From an uncultured Gemmatimonadaceae bacterium (lineage in GTDB: Bacteria > Gemmatimonadota > Gemmatimonadetes > Gemmatimonadales > Gemmatimonadaceae): a stretch of 64,000 bases of DNA. The stretch is from the NCBI GenBank assembly GCA_963716745.1, contig OY970320.1, forward strand, positions 960,001-1,024,000. The letters run 5' to 3'. A program made the position numbers and the translations under genes. Shown here one piece after another: positions 1-10,007 of this stretch. The notes beneath the pieces were generated by a model. It worked only from the letters and a program-made list of their open reading frames with translations, was not told where the DNA came from and did no database searches. Numbering within the stretch: the stretch's first letter is position 1; every line of letters starts with the position of its first letter.

Positions 1-4
1 CGCA

Positions 5-283
5 GTGGACGGGCGCAGCGGCGTGGAGATGACGCTCACCGGCGAGTTCGATGTGGTGCTCATGGACATGAATCTCCCCGAGATCGATGGCTGGGAGGCG
101 GCGCGCCAGATCCGCGCCGGCGAGAAGGGGCGCCGCGTGGCGATCATCGCGCTCACGGCGCACGCGATGCAGGGCGACCGCGAGAAGGCGCTCGCCGCCG
201 GCTGCGACGAATACGACACGAAGCCGGTGGACTTCGAGCGCTTGCTCGGCAAGATCGCCGCGGTGCTCGGGAGCGCGGCGTGA
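5..283 (+). CDS. Single-domain response regulator (CheY/DivK-like), probably 5'-truncated at the window edge
   Basis: Receiver motifs VVLMDMNLPEIDG, ALTAHAM and YDTKP; stop overlaps the next start (GTGA). Confidence 0.85.
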   Translation: MDGRSGVEMTLTGEFDVVLMDMNLPEIDGWEAARQIRAGEKGRRVAIIALTAHAMQGDREKALAAGCDEYDTKPVDFERLLGKIAAVLGSAA

Positions 284-2304
284 GCGGTCGCAATTCGGCG
301 GTGGGGGAACTGCGGCACACCTTCCGCACGCCGGTGAATCACATCGTCGGCTACACGGAAATGTTGCTCGAAGATCTCCCGCCGGGCGACGAGGAGCATC
401 GCGAGCCGCTCAAGATCATCCTCGCGGCGGCGCACGATGCGCTGCAGCACATCAGCGCGGTGCTCGTGCCGAGCAGCACGCCGCCGAGCGATGCGGTGCG
501 GAGATTGTACGACGAGCTGGAGGAACCGCAGGCGCAGATCATTCGCGCGGTCACGTCGCTCATCTCGGCGCATGATCTTGGCGACGCGGCGGCGGACGAT
601 CTGCGTCGCATCCTGCATGCGGCGGAGCAGCTGCGGCCGAAGGACCTCGAGATCGTGGCGAGTGCGCCGTTGGCGGAAGAAGAGCCCGCGGAGGAGCGCG
701 CCGCGCGCGTGCTCGTGGTGGACGATGTGGAGGACAACCGTCAGCTGCTGAAGCGCCGGCTCGAGAAGCAGGGTTACGCGGTGAGTTGCGCGGAGAACGG
801 ACGCGTTGCGCTCGAGATGGTGGAGAGCGAGATGCCCGATCTCATTTTGCTCGACATCATGATGCCCGAACTCGACGGCTTCGCGGTGCTGGAGCGTCTC
901 AAGGGAGCGAAGCGCACGCGCGACATTCCGGTGATCGTGATCTCGGCGCTGGACGATACGGCGAGCGCCGTGCGATGCATCGAGCAGGGCGCCGAGGATT
1001 TCCTGCCGAAACCGTTCGATCCCGTGCTGCTCAAGGCGCGCGTGGGCGCGAGCATCGCGCGGAAGCGCGCGCGCGATCAGGAGCGCGCGGTGGCGCTCGC
1101 GGCGGAGAGCGTGGCGACCGCGGCGGCGGCGGTCGAGGCGGGCACTTACAAAGCTGGGATGCTCGCCGACGTGGCGCGGCGTCGCGACGCGGTGGGCCGT
1201 CTCGCGCGCGTGTTCGACACGATGGCGACCAACGTGCGCGCGCGCGAGCAGCAATTGCACGAGCGTGTGCGCGCGCTCAAGACCGACATCACCAAGGCGC
1301 GCGAGTCGAACGCCGGCGGTCCGGGCGGGCTCGCGCCGATCACGCTGCAGACCGGCGAACGCATCGCGAACCGCTATGAGATCCTCGCGACGCTGGGCCG
1401 CGGCGGCATGGGCGCCGTGTTCCGCGCGAGAGACAGCGAGCTGGGCGAGGAGATCGCGCTCAAGACGCTGCGCAAGGAGAGTGTCGCCGACGAAGCGACG
1501 ATCGAGCGCTTCAAGAGCGAGATCCGCCTCGCGCGGAAGATCACGCACCGGAACGTCGTGCGCACGCACGATCTGGGCGAATACGACGGCGGCTATTTCC
1601 TCACCATGGAATTGGTGGAGGGGATCACCGTGCGCGAGCTGATCGACACGCGGGGCGTGCTGAGCATGGAGAGCGTGCTCGCGATCGGCACGCAGCTCGC
1701 CGACGCGCTCGCGGCCGCGCACGCGGAGGGCGTGATCCATCGCGACGTGAAGCCGCACAATTTGCTCGTGGACGGCGAAGGCGTGCTCAAGGTGATGGAC
1801 TTCGGCGTCGCGCGCCTCACCGACCGCGCGGGCGCGGGACTCACCGAGATCGGCTTGGTGGTCGGTACGCCGGCTTACATGCCGCCCGAGCAGCTACTCG
1901 GCGAAGAAGTGGACAGTCGCGCCGATCTCTACGCGATGGGCGTGGTGCTGTTCGAGGCGGCGACGGGGAAGCTGCCGTTCGAGGCGGCGACGGCCATGAC
2001 GCTGATCGCGAAGCTGCTGAAGGAAGAACCGCCGACTGCCAAGAGCGTGAACGACGCGGTGCCCGTGGCGCTGAGCGAGCTCATTGCGCTGCTGCTGGCG
2101 AAACGGCCCGACGCAAGACCGCGGACGGCTGCGGAGGTCCGAGATAGGTTGAGTCAGAATGGCCTGACGACGCGGGAAGCGGGAAGCGGGAAGCGCCGCG
2201 GGATACGCGATAACTGCGCGATGGGCTCCTCGCGCACTTCTCGCATCCCGCGGCGCTTCCCGCTTCCCGCTTCCCGCGTCGTTAGTTCTTCGGCCTGTAC
2301 GTGA
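280..2304 (+). CDS. Fusion protein: HisKA-like N-terminus + receiver domain + HAMP-like linker + Hanks-type Ser/Thr kinase
   Basis: H-box-like LRHTFRTPVNHIVGYTEMLL; REC motifs VVDD, LLDIMMP, FLPKP; kinase motifs LGRGGMG, ALK, HRDVKPHN, DFG, GTPAYMPPE. The true stop is probably TGA at 2165-2167 (indel), because the ORF tail reads through a repeat. Confidence 0.85.
   Translation: MSGRNSAVGELRHTFRTPVNHIVGYTEMLLEDLPPGDEEHREPLKIILAAAHDALQHISAVLVPSSTPPSDAVRRLYDELEEPQAQIIRAVTSLISAHDLGDAAADDLRRILHAAEQLRPKDLEIVASAPLAEEEPAEERAARVLVVDDVEDNRQLLKRRLEKQGYAVSCAENGRVALEMVESEMPDLILLDIMMPELDGFAVLERLKGAKRTRDIPVIVISALDDTASAVRCIEQGAEDFLPKPFDPVLLKARVGASIARKRARDQERAVALAAESVATAAAAVEAGTYKAGMLADVARRRDAVGRLARVFDTMATNVRAREQQLHERVRALKTDITKARESNAGGPGGLAPITLQTGERIANRYEILATLGRGGMGAVFRARDSELGEEIALKTLRKESVADEATIERFKSEIRLARKITHRNVVRTHDLGEYDGGYFLTMELVEGITVRELIDTRGVLSMESVLAIGTQLADALAAAHAEGVIHRDVKPHNLLVDGEGVLKVMDFGVARLTDRAGAGLTEIGLVVGTPAYMPPEQLLGEEVDSRADLYAMGVVLFEAATGKLPFEAATAMTLIAKLLKEEPPTAKSVNDAVPVALSELIALLLAKRPDARPRTAAEVRDRLSQNGLTTREAGSGKRRGIRDNCAMGSSRTSRIPRRFPLPASRVVSSSACT
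2167..2282. repeat. Palindromic intergenic element, family A (GCGGGAA heptamer arms)
   Basis: cgcgggaagcgggaagcgggaagcgccgcg ... cgcggcgcttcccgcttcccgcttcccgcg; related copies at 12756 and 35686. Confidence 0.9.
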
Positions 2305-2645
2305 ACCAGTAACTCCCCTTCGCCGGGTGCCCATCAGTCGCAGCAGTCTTCCACACGACGAGATAGGTTCCCGCCGCCAGAGGCGCCGGGATCTTGCCGG
2401 CCACTGATTTCTTGTCGTCCGTCGCGGCGATCACGAGCTTCGCGACGACGCTGCTGTCGGCTCTCTCGAGCACGACGCTCGTGAGACCGAGCTCCGGCTC
2501 CTCGGAGAACCAGAGCCTGATCTGCGTGGGCGCCGTCACACAGTCGACGCGATGCCCGGATCCGCCTTATAGAGCTTTGTATGGAAGAAGGAATCCGTGA
2601 CGGGGAATCGAGAGCAAGTAGCGCAGAGGCCAGTGATTTCAGCAT
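2282..2645 (-). CDS. copC: CopC-family copper-resistance protein (frameshifted near 2540-2600)
   Basis: APTQIRLWFSEEPE...LAAGTYLVVWKTAATDGHPAKGSYWF matches the CopC C-terminal pattern; signal-peptide-like start at 2645 in another frame. Confidence 0.75.
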
Positions 2646-2676
2646 GTGATCTCCGAGAAGGATGTCGTTCCCATCT

Positions 2677-2739
2677 TGAAAATCATGTTAATCCTGTCAA
2701 ATGCTTTTGACATGATTCACATGATTCACATGATTTCAA
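2677..2739. repeat. AT-rich 9-mer inverted repeat, family D (AATCATGTT/AATCCTGTC units)
   Basis: aatcatgttaatcctgtcaa at 2681-2700 is identical to 26442-26461 and is followed by inverted catgattca units. Confidence 0.85.
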
Positions 2740-4305
2740 CTACCGCGCGTACATGCTCGAGTTCCGGAGCACTTCCGTGCATTCCGGCCACGCGACGGCC
2801 GCTCCTGTCTTCGGGTCCTTGAGCTCCACGCGATCGCGCGGCATCGTCGCGTCGTCCTCGCTCGCGAGGTACGCGAGCATCGCGACGAGCGTCGCGTTCT
2901 TCTGCACTTCGGCCCACGCGATCTTGTCGTACGTGTCGCGATTCGTGTGCCACGTATAGGAGAAATAGTCCCAGTTCGTGCTGCCGAGTCCGAACGCGGG
3001 GGCGCCGTAGCAAATGAAGCTGGCGTTGTCCGTGCCGCCGCGGCCGGGTGCGCCGGGCGCCGTGATCTTGATGCCGGCGGTGACGCTGTCGGGCATCTCG
3101 GCGAACCACCGTCTGAAGAACGGCTCCGCGCCGGTGAGGCCCTGGAGCCCGACCTGCGCGACGTGCCCGGTGCCGTTGTCCTGATTGAAGAGCGCCTGCA
3201 TCGAGTCGACGATCGCCTTGTGATCGGCGGCGTAGGCGCGCGATCCGATCAGCCCTTCCTCTTCGCCACTCCAGTGGCCGGAGATGATCGTGCGCTTGGG
3301 ATTCGGGAGCACGATCTTGAGGATGCGCATCGCTTCCATCATGACGATCGTGCCGGTGCCATTGTCGGTGGCGCCGCTCGAGCCATCCCAGCTGTCGAAG
3401 TGCGAGCTCAGCATCACGACTTCATTCTTCTTCGCGCCGCCGGGGATCGTCGCGATCACGTTGCCCACCGGCACTTCGCCCTGGAACGCGCTCGTCGCGT
3501 TCACGCGCACGCGCGGATGCTGGCCTTTGGTCGCGAGGCGCGACATGAGTCCGAAGTCCTCACAGCTCGCGTCGATGAGCGGCATGGTCTTCGTGCGCGC
3601 GCCGAAGATGCGGTCGACGCCCCAGCCGCCGGTCCACGTGTTTCGGAACGCGCCGAGTGCGCCGGCATGCTCGAGCGAATCCGGCAGATCGCGCACCGTG
3701 ACGCCGGCGGCGCGCAGACTCCGCGCGAAGGTCGAATCCGCGGCGGCGCGCGCGGTCTTCATGTCGGAGTATTCGGCGGGCGTCGCGTTCACGGCCCACG
3801 TGGTGTCGGGGCGGCAAGTGGGCTGGCCGACGGAAACGAGCACGAACTTGCCTTTCACCGTCGCGAGGAAGTTCTGGAGATCGCCGGGCGCGAGGAAGGT
3901 GGGCATCGCGACCACTTCACCTTCGACATCCTTGCCGCCGGTGCCCGGGCTCCATGCGAGCATGATCGCTTCGAGCGAGCGCACGCGCGGCGCGATGAGA
4001 TCGACATGCGTGGGGCCGCGCATCCAGCTGCGCCACGTGCCGTAGTCCTCGACTCTGGCGCCGATCCCCCACGCGGCATAGCGCGAGATGATGTACGCTT
4101 GCGCGCTGCGCAGATTCGGACTGCCGGTGAGGCGCGGGCCGATGGAGTCGAAGAGCGGCTGCGCGAAGCTCGCCATTTGGCTCGAGTCGCGCTCGATGTC
4201 GCGGATGCGCGTGATCGCGGATTCTGGGGCGTGGATCGTGGCGGTCTGGGCCACCGCGGCGGGCGCGATCGCGCAGAGGAGCAGCGCGGCGAGACGATTG
4301 GTCAT
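2740..4305 (-). CDS. Secreted M28-family metallopeptidase
   Basis: Signal peptide from the ATG at 4305; Zn-binding motifs SSHFDSWD, ATDNGTG, EEEGLIGS, NQDNG, TWHTNRD. Confidence 0.9.
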   Translation of the reverse strand: MTNRLAALLLCAIAPAAVAQTATIHAPESAITRIRDIERDSSQMASFAQPLFDSIGPRLTGSPNLRSAQAYIISRYAAWGIGARVEDYGTWRSWMRGPTHVDLIAPRVRSLEAIMLAWSPGTGGKDVEGEVVAMPTFLAPGDLQNFLATVKGKFVLVSVGQPTCRPDTTWAVNATPAEYSDMKTARAAADSTFARSLRAAGVTVRDLPDSLEHAGALGAFRNTWTGGWGVDRIFGARTKTMPLIDASCEDFGLMSRLATKGQHPRVRVNATSAFQGEVPVGNVIATIPGGAKKNEVVMLSSHFDSWDGSSGATDNGTGTIVMMEAMRILKIVLPNPKRTIISGHWSGEEEGLIGSRAYAADHKAIVDSMQALFNQDNGTGHVAQVGLQGLTGAEPFFRRWFAEMPDSVTAGIKITAPGAPGRGGTDNASFICYGAPAFGLGSTNWDYFSYTWHTNRDTYDKIAWAEVQKNATLVAMLAYLASEDDATMPRDRVELKDPKTGAAVAWPECTEVLRNSSMYAR

Positions 4306-4415
4306 TGTCTGAGTGGAGAGTGGGGGTTTGGCACTGGCACGACGCCACAAATGTACGCCCGCCGCGCCGTTCGCGTTGCCCCTAAGCTAACTCCGCGCGG
4401 CGATCCGTCCACGCG

Positions 4416-4811
4416 GTCTCCGTCCCACCCGTTCCATCCGTTCGATCCGTGTTGAACATGAACCGTGATCTCCGCGCGCTCGCGATGATCCACGCGGGCG
4501 CCTGGGCATCAAGGTTGAAGTTTCGACCGGATCAACCGGATGATCCGGATCTGTCGGATACCTGATCGCGCAAGTCGCGCTTCTCGGGTTCGAATGGTCC
4601 CCGTAGTTGTTGTTAACAACCGATCGATCGTTTCGCACCCGCACGACCTTAGCACGCGCGTTAGAGTATCCGATCGATCCGGATCATCCGGTTGATCCGG
4701 TCGAAACTTCAACCTAGATGCGCGCGCGCCCGCGCGGATCATCGCGGGCGCGAGGGAATCACGGTTCATGTCTTACGCGGATGTGACGGATGGAACGGAT
4801 GGGACGGAGAC
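4416..4811. repeat. Long (~400 bp) intergenic inverted repeat, MITE-like
   Basis: Perfect 40-bp arms at 4512-4551 and 4676-4715 inside ~145-bp imperfect arms; 9-mer ATCCGTTCC-like units at the ends. Confidence 0.9.
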
Positions 4812-4834
4812 AGCAGCGACTGATCTCCGGGAGA

Positions 4835-6305
4835 TCAGTCTTCTTGATCCTGGCAGTGACGACCTGGATAGGTGATGGGCCACTGCTGGGCGCCGGCCAT
4901 GCGGATCGCCTCCCAGCGGCGCGCGTTGTACTCGTACCATGCGCCGGGCGCGAGTTCGCAGCGTTTGCTCACGCGCTCTTTGAGCATCGTGGTGAGACTG
5001 TCGGCCAGCACGGGGGGCAGCGACGCGCGCGCAGCGAGGAGCGATGGCATCGCGTCCATCGACAGTCCCGACGCGAGATAGCGCACATCGAGTTTACCGC
5101 TGCTTGCGAAGCGTGCGACGTTCTCGCGCACGACAAAGGCGCCGGTGTTCCAGTAGATGAGCGCCGCGAGCGCGACGGCGCCCACCACCGCGCCGCGACG
5201 GGCGAGGCGGCGCGCGTCGAGGCCGCGCGCGATCTCCCACACCGTGAGCGCGAGCGCGATCCACACGCACACCATGAACGTCTGCGCCCAGAGACGCGGC
5301 ATGGTGTAGCCGTAGGCCGATTCGTAGAGCGCGATGCGACGGAACGCGGACAGGACCACGAACGCGGTGAGCGCGAGGAGCGCGAGACTCAGCGCGCGCG
5401 CGGCGCGTTCCTGCCCCGCTCCGCCGCGCGCAGCGCGTCGTCTCGAGCACCACGATGAGCACCGTCACGATCGTCGCCGCTGTCGTCAGCTCGGCGAAGC
5501 CGCTATGCACCCACTCGGCGTACGTGACACCCGAGCCCGTGACGGCCGCGGGATTCCCGAACATTACCGGCAGCTGCAACACGAAGAAGGCGGCGAAGAG
5601 CGCGGTGACCGCGCCGAGCACGATGAGCCGCTCGGTGATGGATGCGCGCGCGAGCGGCACGAAGGCGGGGTCGCCCGAGGTGACGGCTTCGCGCGACGCG
5701 AGGCCGAACGCGCCGAGTGAGAGCACACCGATCCCGGCGGCGAAGATGAGGCGCGGGATGAAGGTGAGCTCGCGGATGGCGTCGACGATCGCACCACCCC
5801 AGCTCGAGAGGTGCGGATCCGCGGCGGCCAGCAGCAGCCAGAGGAGGATGATCACCGGCACCGCGAGCATCGTGCCGCGCAGCACCGGCATGCTGCGCTC
5901 CGCGTTCGCGGATTCGGCGAGTTCGCCGACTTGGTCCCAGGATTCGTGCGCGGTTTCGAACGCGCCCACGAGTGGAGCGCTCGCAATGAAGATGGCGCCG
6001 GCGCTCGCGGCCGGCACGCCGGCGGCGATGCGCGATGCGTAGGCGAAGAGCAGTACGTTCGCGACGACGATGAAGAAGTGGAGCGCTGGGCTGCTCGTGA
6101 TCGTGGCGCCCGCCGAGATCACCACGGCGAGCGCGAGCGGCACCGCGATGTCGCGCACGGCGGCGGGGCGCGTCGCGAGCGTGTAGTAGCAGAGTGCGAG
6201 CGCGGCGGGCGCGGTCCAGAGGAGCCAATTGAGGCCCGGTTCGGCATCGAACTCGATCGTGGCGGCGATCAGGGAGAGAACGAGAGCGGCGATCCAGATG
6301 CTCAT
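4835..6305 (-). CDS. DUF4153/DUF4173-like multi-pass membrane protein (frameshift ~5400)
   Basis: Motifs LLLAAADP, TYAEWVHSGFAEL, SAFRRIALYESAYGYTMPRL and KLDVRYLASGLSMDA, split over two ORFs. Confidence 0.75.
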
Positions 6306-6338
6306 GTGAACCCCAGATTTAGACGTTAGACCTAGACG

Positions 6339-7049
6339 CTAGACTGCGATGAGCGAGCCGAAACGACGGTCGCGGGTGTGGAAATCACTGACGGCTCTCG
6401 CGAGGTCGTCTCCCGTGAAGGCGGGCCACATGACATCGGTGAAGTAGAGCTCGGCGTAGGCGCATTCCCAGAGCATGAAATCGCTGAGGCGGCGCTCGGC
6501 GCCGCTGCGGATCAAGAGGTCCACGGGTGGCGCGGCGGAGAGTTGGGCGTCGAGCGCTTCGCGCGTGAAGGGCGCGTGGTGCTGGGAGAGTTCGCGGGCG
6601 GCGCGGAGGATCTCGTCGCGTGCGGAGTAGTCGATGGCGATGCGGAGGTCGAGCATGGTTCCGCCGCGCGTGATCTGCTCGGCGCGCGCGATGAGCTCCG
6701 TGAGCACGGGTGGCAGCCGGTCGCGGCGGCCGATGACGGTGAGCTGCGCGCCGTGCTCGGCGAGCCGACGGCTCTCGGTGAGGAGATGGCGCCGGAAGAG
6801 ACGGAGGAGGATCTCGACCTCGAGCGGTGGGCGGCGCCAGTTGTCGGAACTGAAGGCGTAGAGCGTGAGCGTGGCGATGCCGAGCGTTGGCGCGGCGGTG
6901 ACGACGCGGCGCACGGCGTCGGCGCCGGCGCGGTGGCCGGCGGCGCGGGGGAGGCCGCGGGCCGTCGCCCATCTTCCATTCCCGTCCATGATCATGGCGA
7001 CGTGGAGTCCGCGTTCAATAGTACTTTGTTCTGTAAAGCTCAATGACAT
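6339..7049 (-). CDS. uppS: cis-prenyltransferase (UppS family; probably an accessory paralog)
   Basis: HVAMIMDGNGRWA, GHRAG, LYAFSSDNWRRP, DLLIRSGAERRLSDFMLWECAYAELYF, RRFG. Confidence 0.92.
   Translation of the reverse strand: MSLSFTEQSTIERGLHVAMIMDGNGRWATARGLPRAAGHRAGADAVRRVVTAAPTLGIATLTLYAFSSDNWRRPPLEVEILLRLFRRHLLTESRRLAEHGAQLTVIGRRDRLPPVLTELIARAEQITRGGTMLDLRIAIDYSARDEILRAARELSQHHAPFTREALDAQLSAAPPVDLLIRSGAERRLSDFMLWECAYAELYFTDVMWPAFTGDDLARAVSDFHTRDRRFGSLIAV
7023..7039. promoter_or_regulatory. Putative operator ACTTTG-N5-TAAAGC overlapping the uppS start region
   Basis: Shares AGTACTTTG with the perfect palindrome at 8125-8141. Confidence 0.5.
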
Positions 7050-7072
7050 GTGAAATAGTCTCAGCTTTGTTG

Positions 7073-7110
7073 CGTTCGGGATTCGGGACTCGGGACGCGC
7101 CGCGGGATGC
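7073..7110. repeat. Half copy of family B element (TCGGGAC heptamers)
   Basis: cgttcgggattcgggactcgggacgcgccgcggg resembles the left arm of the 8175 element. Confidence 0.7.
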
Positions 7111-7124
7111 GCAACCGCAGACTG

Positions 7125-7511
7125 CTACGGGCGCATCTTTGCGATCAGGGACTCCATGTGCGACAAATACCTGTTCAACGCCGCACGGCCGGCGGCGGTG
7201 AGTTTGTAGTCGGTGCGGGGGCGGCGGGACTCGAAGCGCTTCGTCACGTGAACGTACTTGGCGTCCTCGAGTTTCCGGGCATGTACGCTGAGATTCCCAT
7301 CCGTGGTGTTGAGGATGTCGCGCAGTTCGGTGAAGCTCAGGGTCTCGTTCGCGGCGAGGGCGCTCACCATGCCCAGGCGGAGACGATGATGGATCACTTC
7401 GTCGAGGGCGAGCGGAGCCGAGGCGGCCGCCTTCCCCGCGATCGCGCGGAGGGCGCGCGACAGCTCGGGCGGATCGGCGGCTGGGCGCCGGGCGGCGTTG
7501 TGCTTAGCCAC
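7125..7511 (-). CDS. Winged-helix transcriptional regulator (ArsR/MarR-like)
   Basis: LDEVIHHRLRLGMVSAL...LSFTELRDILNTTDGNLSVHARKLEDAKYV...PRTDYKLT; GTG start at 7511 overlaps the upstream stop. Confidence 0.85.
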   Translation of the reverse strand: MAKHNAARRPAADPPELSRALRAIAGKAAASAPLALDEVIHHRLRLGMVSALAANETLSFTELRDILNTTDGNLSVHARKLEDAKYVHVTKRFESRRPRTDYKLTAAGRAALNRYLSHMESLIAKMRP

Positions 7512-8086
7512 CGTGCCGCACCGCAATGAAGAGTCCGAAGAGCAAGTTGAGTCCTCCGAAGCCCGCAATCAGATAGGCGTTGCCGAGCCAGTCGGGCGAG
7601 GCGAGGGCCGCGGCGCCGAGCGCGAGGAAACAGGCGCCCATGACGGGTACGGCGCGGATCGAGAAGACGCCCCCCGCCATGACGCCAGCGCCGTAGCAAA
7701 CGAGCCACGCCGCGGGCAGGAGCGTGAGCGAGCCGGTCTGGACGATCGCGACCGTGAGGATGGCGCCCGCGACGATCGCCGGGGAGAACGCGAGGACGAA
7801 TTTCCGGATCGCGGGATTGAGCACCGCCTTGCCCGCGCGCCGCGTCTTGAGCAGCGTGGCTCCCGTGCCGATCGCGGCGCCGGCGACTGCGGCCGTGATC
7901 CAGACCGTGAGCCACGCGCGTCCGGTGGGCTGCGTGGCCGCGACGAGGCCGGCGGCGATCCCGACGCCCCCGACCGCCGCCTGCCCCCAGCCTGAGAATG
8001 GCCGTGAAGCCGGCGGCGGACTCCATGGTCTCGCGGATGAAGGCGAGATCCTGGGTGGCGCGGTCGTGAAGGCTCAGGTGGGGCAT
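7504..8086 (-). CDS. Membrane protein coupled to the wHTH regulator (frameshift ~7995)
   Basis: LHDRATQDLAFIRETME N-terminus plus several TM helices in ORF 7504..7824. Confidence 0.7.
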
Positions 8087-8124
8087 GGGGGTCAATCTGG
8101 GACGCCTGGCTCATTTTGTCAAGT

Positions 8125-8141
8125 ACTTTGTGACGCAAAGT
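8125..8141. promoter_or_regulatory. Putative operator palindrome ACTTTG-N5-CAAAGT
   Basis: Perfect AT-rich dyad ~40 bp upstream of the membrane protein/wHTH operon. Confidence 0.6.
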
Positions 8142-8174
8142 GCAATGAGGCGGGATGAGCCCAAGCACATCCTA

Positions 8175-8278
8175 CGTTCGGGATTCGGGGCTCGGGACTC
8201 GCCGCAATGTGCGGGACGCGGGAGATCTCACGCGCAGCCCGCGTCCCGCGGCGAGTCCCGAGTCCCGAGTCCCGAACG
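8175..8278. repeat. Palindromic element, family B
   Basis: cgttcgggattcggggctcgggactcgccgc ... gcggcgagtcccgagtcccgagtcccgaacg. Confidence 0.9.
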
Positions 8279-8351
8279 CCGTGCACCCTTTGGCATTGCG
8301 CAGTGTCTCAGGACAAGACACAACAATGAACCCTCCCTCCGTGAGCCAGTC

Positions 8352-8811
8352 ATGCGCCTCGCCGCCCTTCCCGCCCTCCTGATCGCCGCCTCGCTCGGCG
8401 CCCACGCCCAGGCCTTCGACTCCATGCAGCAGCGCGGCAAGATGGCGATGGGGGTGGATCAGTACACTTCTACCCACGTGTTCGATGATCTGCCGAACGG
8501 TGGGCGCATCGAATTGCAGCGCGATAGCACCGACTCGGCGGGCGTCGCGAAGATCCGGAAACACTTCGCGGAGATCGCGACGGCGTTCAAGGGTGGCAAC
8601 TTCAGCTCGCCGGAGTTCGTGCACGCGCAGAGCGTCAGCGGCACGGGCGTCATGGCCGCGAAGCGCGCGGAGATCACCTACACGGTGAAGGACCTCCCGC
8701 GCGGTGCCGAATTGCTGATCACGACGACCGATCCCGCAGCCGTCGCGGCGATCCATGAATTCTTCGAGCTTCCAGCGCCACGAGCATCATTCGGGGGGAA
8801 TGACGCACTGA
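8352..8811 (+). CDS. Secreted hypothetical protein with a His-rich end (frameshift ~8769)
   Basis: Signal peptide MRLAALPALLIAASLGAHA; the alternative frame ends FQRHEHHSGGMTH* with TGA at 8809-8811. Confidence 0.7.
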
Positions 8812-8812
8812 C

Positions 8813-8915
8813 TGCTCAGGATGCGGGACCCGGGACTCGCCGCGATGTGCGGGACGCGGGAGATATCACGCGCATCCCGAGTCCCGCGGCGAGTCCCGAG
8901 TCCCGAGTCCCGAAC
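8813..8915. repeat. Palindromic element, family B (second full copy)
   Basis: Similar to 8175-8278, including the internal atgtgcgggacgcgggagat segment. Confidence 0.9.
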
Positions 8916-8962
8916 ACGACAGGGCTTGGGGCCGGTAGCACGCGGCAGCATCTTACGGTCCG

Positions 8963-9815
8963 ATGAAGACCGTGCTCTTCGCCACCAGCAAGGACTACCC
9001 CGCCCTGCACGCCGACGACCGCGTGCTCGTCGACGCGCTCGCACCGCTCGGCGTGCGCGCGATCCCGCGCGTCTGGAACGCGCCCGGCGCCGCATGGGAC
9101 GATCCGGTCGTGATTCGATCGGCGTGGGACTACCACTTGCATGCCTCGGAATTCCTCGAGTGGGCCGAGCGCGTAAGCGCGCGCGTGCGGCTGCTCAATC
9201 CGATCGCGCTCGTGCGATGGAATGCGCACAAGACGTACCTGCGCGATCTCGCGGAGCGCGGAGTGGCGACGGTGCCCACGCTCTGGAGCGAAGGCGGCGC
9301 GCTCGGCGAGTTCGGCGCGGAGCTCGAAAGGCGGGGCTGGGGCGAGATCGTGATCAAGCCGGCGGTGGCCGCGAGCGCGCACGGCGCCAAGCGGTTCTCG
9401 CGCGCGAATCGCGATGCGGCGCGTGCGCATTTCCAGTCGCTCTCGCGCGCGTGGCGAGGTGCTGGTCCAGCCGTACCTGCCCTCGGTGGAGACGTACGGC
9501 GAGCGGTCGTTCATCCACATCGAAGGGCGCTTCACTCATGGCGTGAAGCGGCAGGCCGTGCTCAGCGCGCCGTTCGAGATGGAAGCCCCTGCCCCGCGCG
9601 TGGAGCCATCGGCGGCCGAGCGGGCGTTGTGCGAGGCGACGCTCGGCGCGCTGCCGGAGACTCCGCTATACGCGCGGATCGATATGGCACCCGACGAACT
9701 GGGGACGCCACGGCTCATGGAACTTGAGCTCATCGAACCTCGGCTTTACTTGCGCGAGGAGACAGACGCGGCAGCGAGAATGGCGGAGGGGATCGTCGAA
9801 AGACTAGAGGCGTGA
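8963..9815 (+). CDS. RimK/glutathione-synthetase-like ATP-grasp protein (frameshift ~9452)
   Basis: VIRSAWDY, WNAHKTYL, VIKPAVAA, then LVQPYL, YARIDM, LMELELIEP in the second frame. Confidence 0.85.
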
Positions 9816-9997
9816 CTCGTAACCCGAACGCCGTGAGTACCGAGTCGTGCGTCGTGGACCACGCACGGCGTGAGTACCGAGTCGTGCGTCGCAACCGTGC
9901 GTCGTGAGTCGTGCGTCGCTAGCGTAAGTCGTGAGTCGTGAGTCTTCCAGTCGCCACACGCCACGAACGGTTGCGACGCACGACTCGGTACTCACGC
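9810..9997. repeat. Family C inverted-repeat element (GTGAGTACCGAGTCGTGCGTC units), no ORF
   Basis: gtgagtaccgagtcgtgcgtc occurs twice plus the inverted gacgcacgactcggtactcac; lies between convergent genes. Confidence 0.9.
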
Positions 9998-10007
9998 TTC
10001 TTGAACC

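Noticed and set aside
9810..9997. CRISPR array (also considered for 17065-17310 and 47704-47800)
   Set aside because: Units are irregular and partly inverted, have no unique equal-length spacers, and no cas genes are present.
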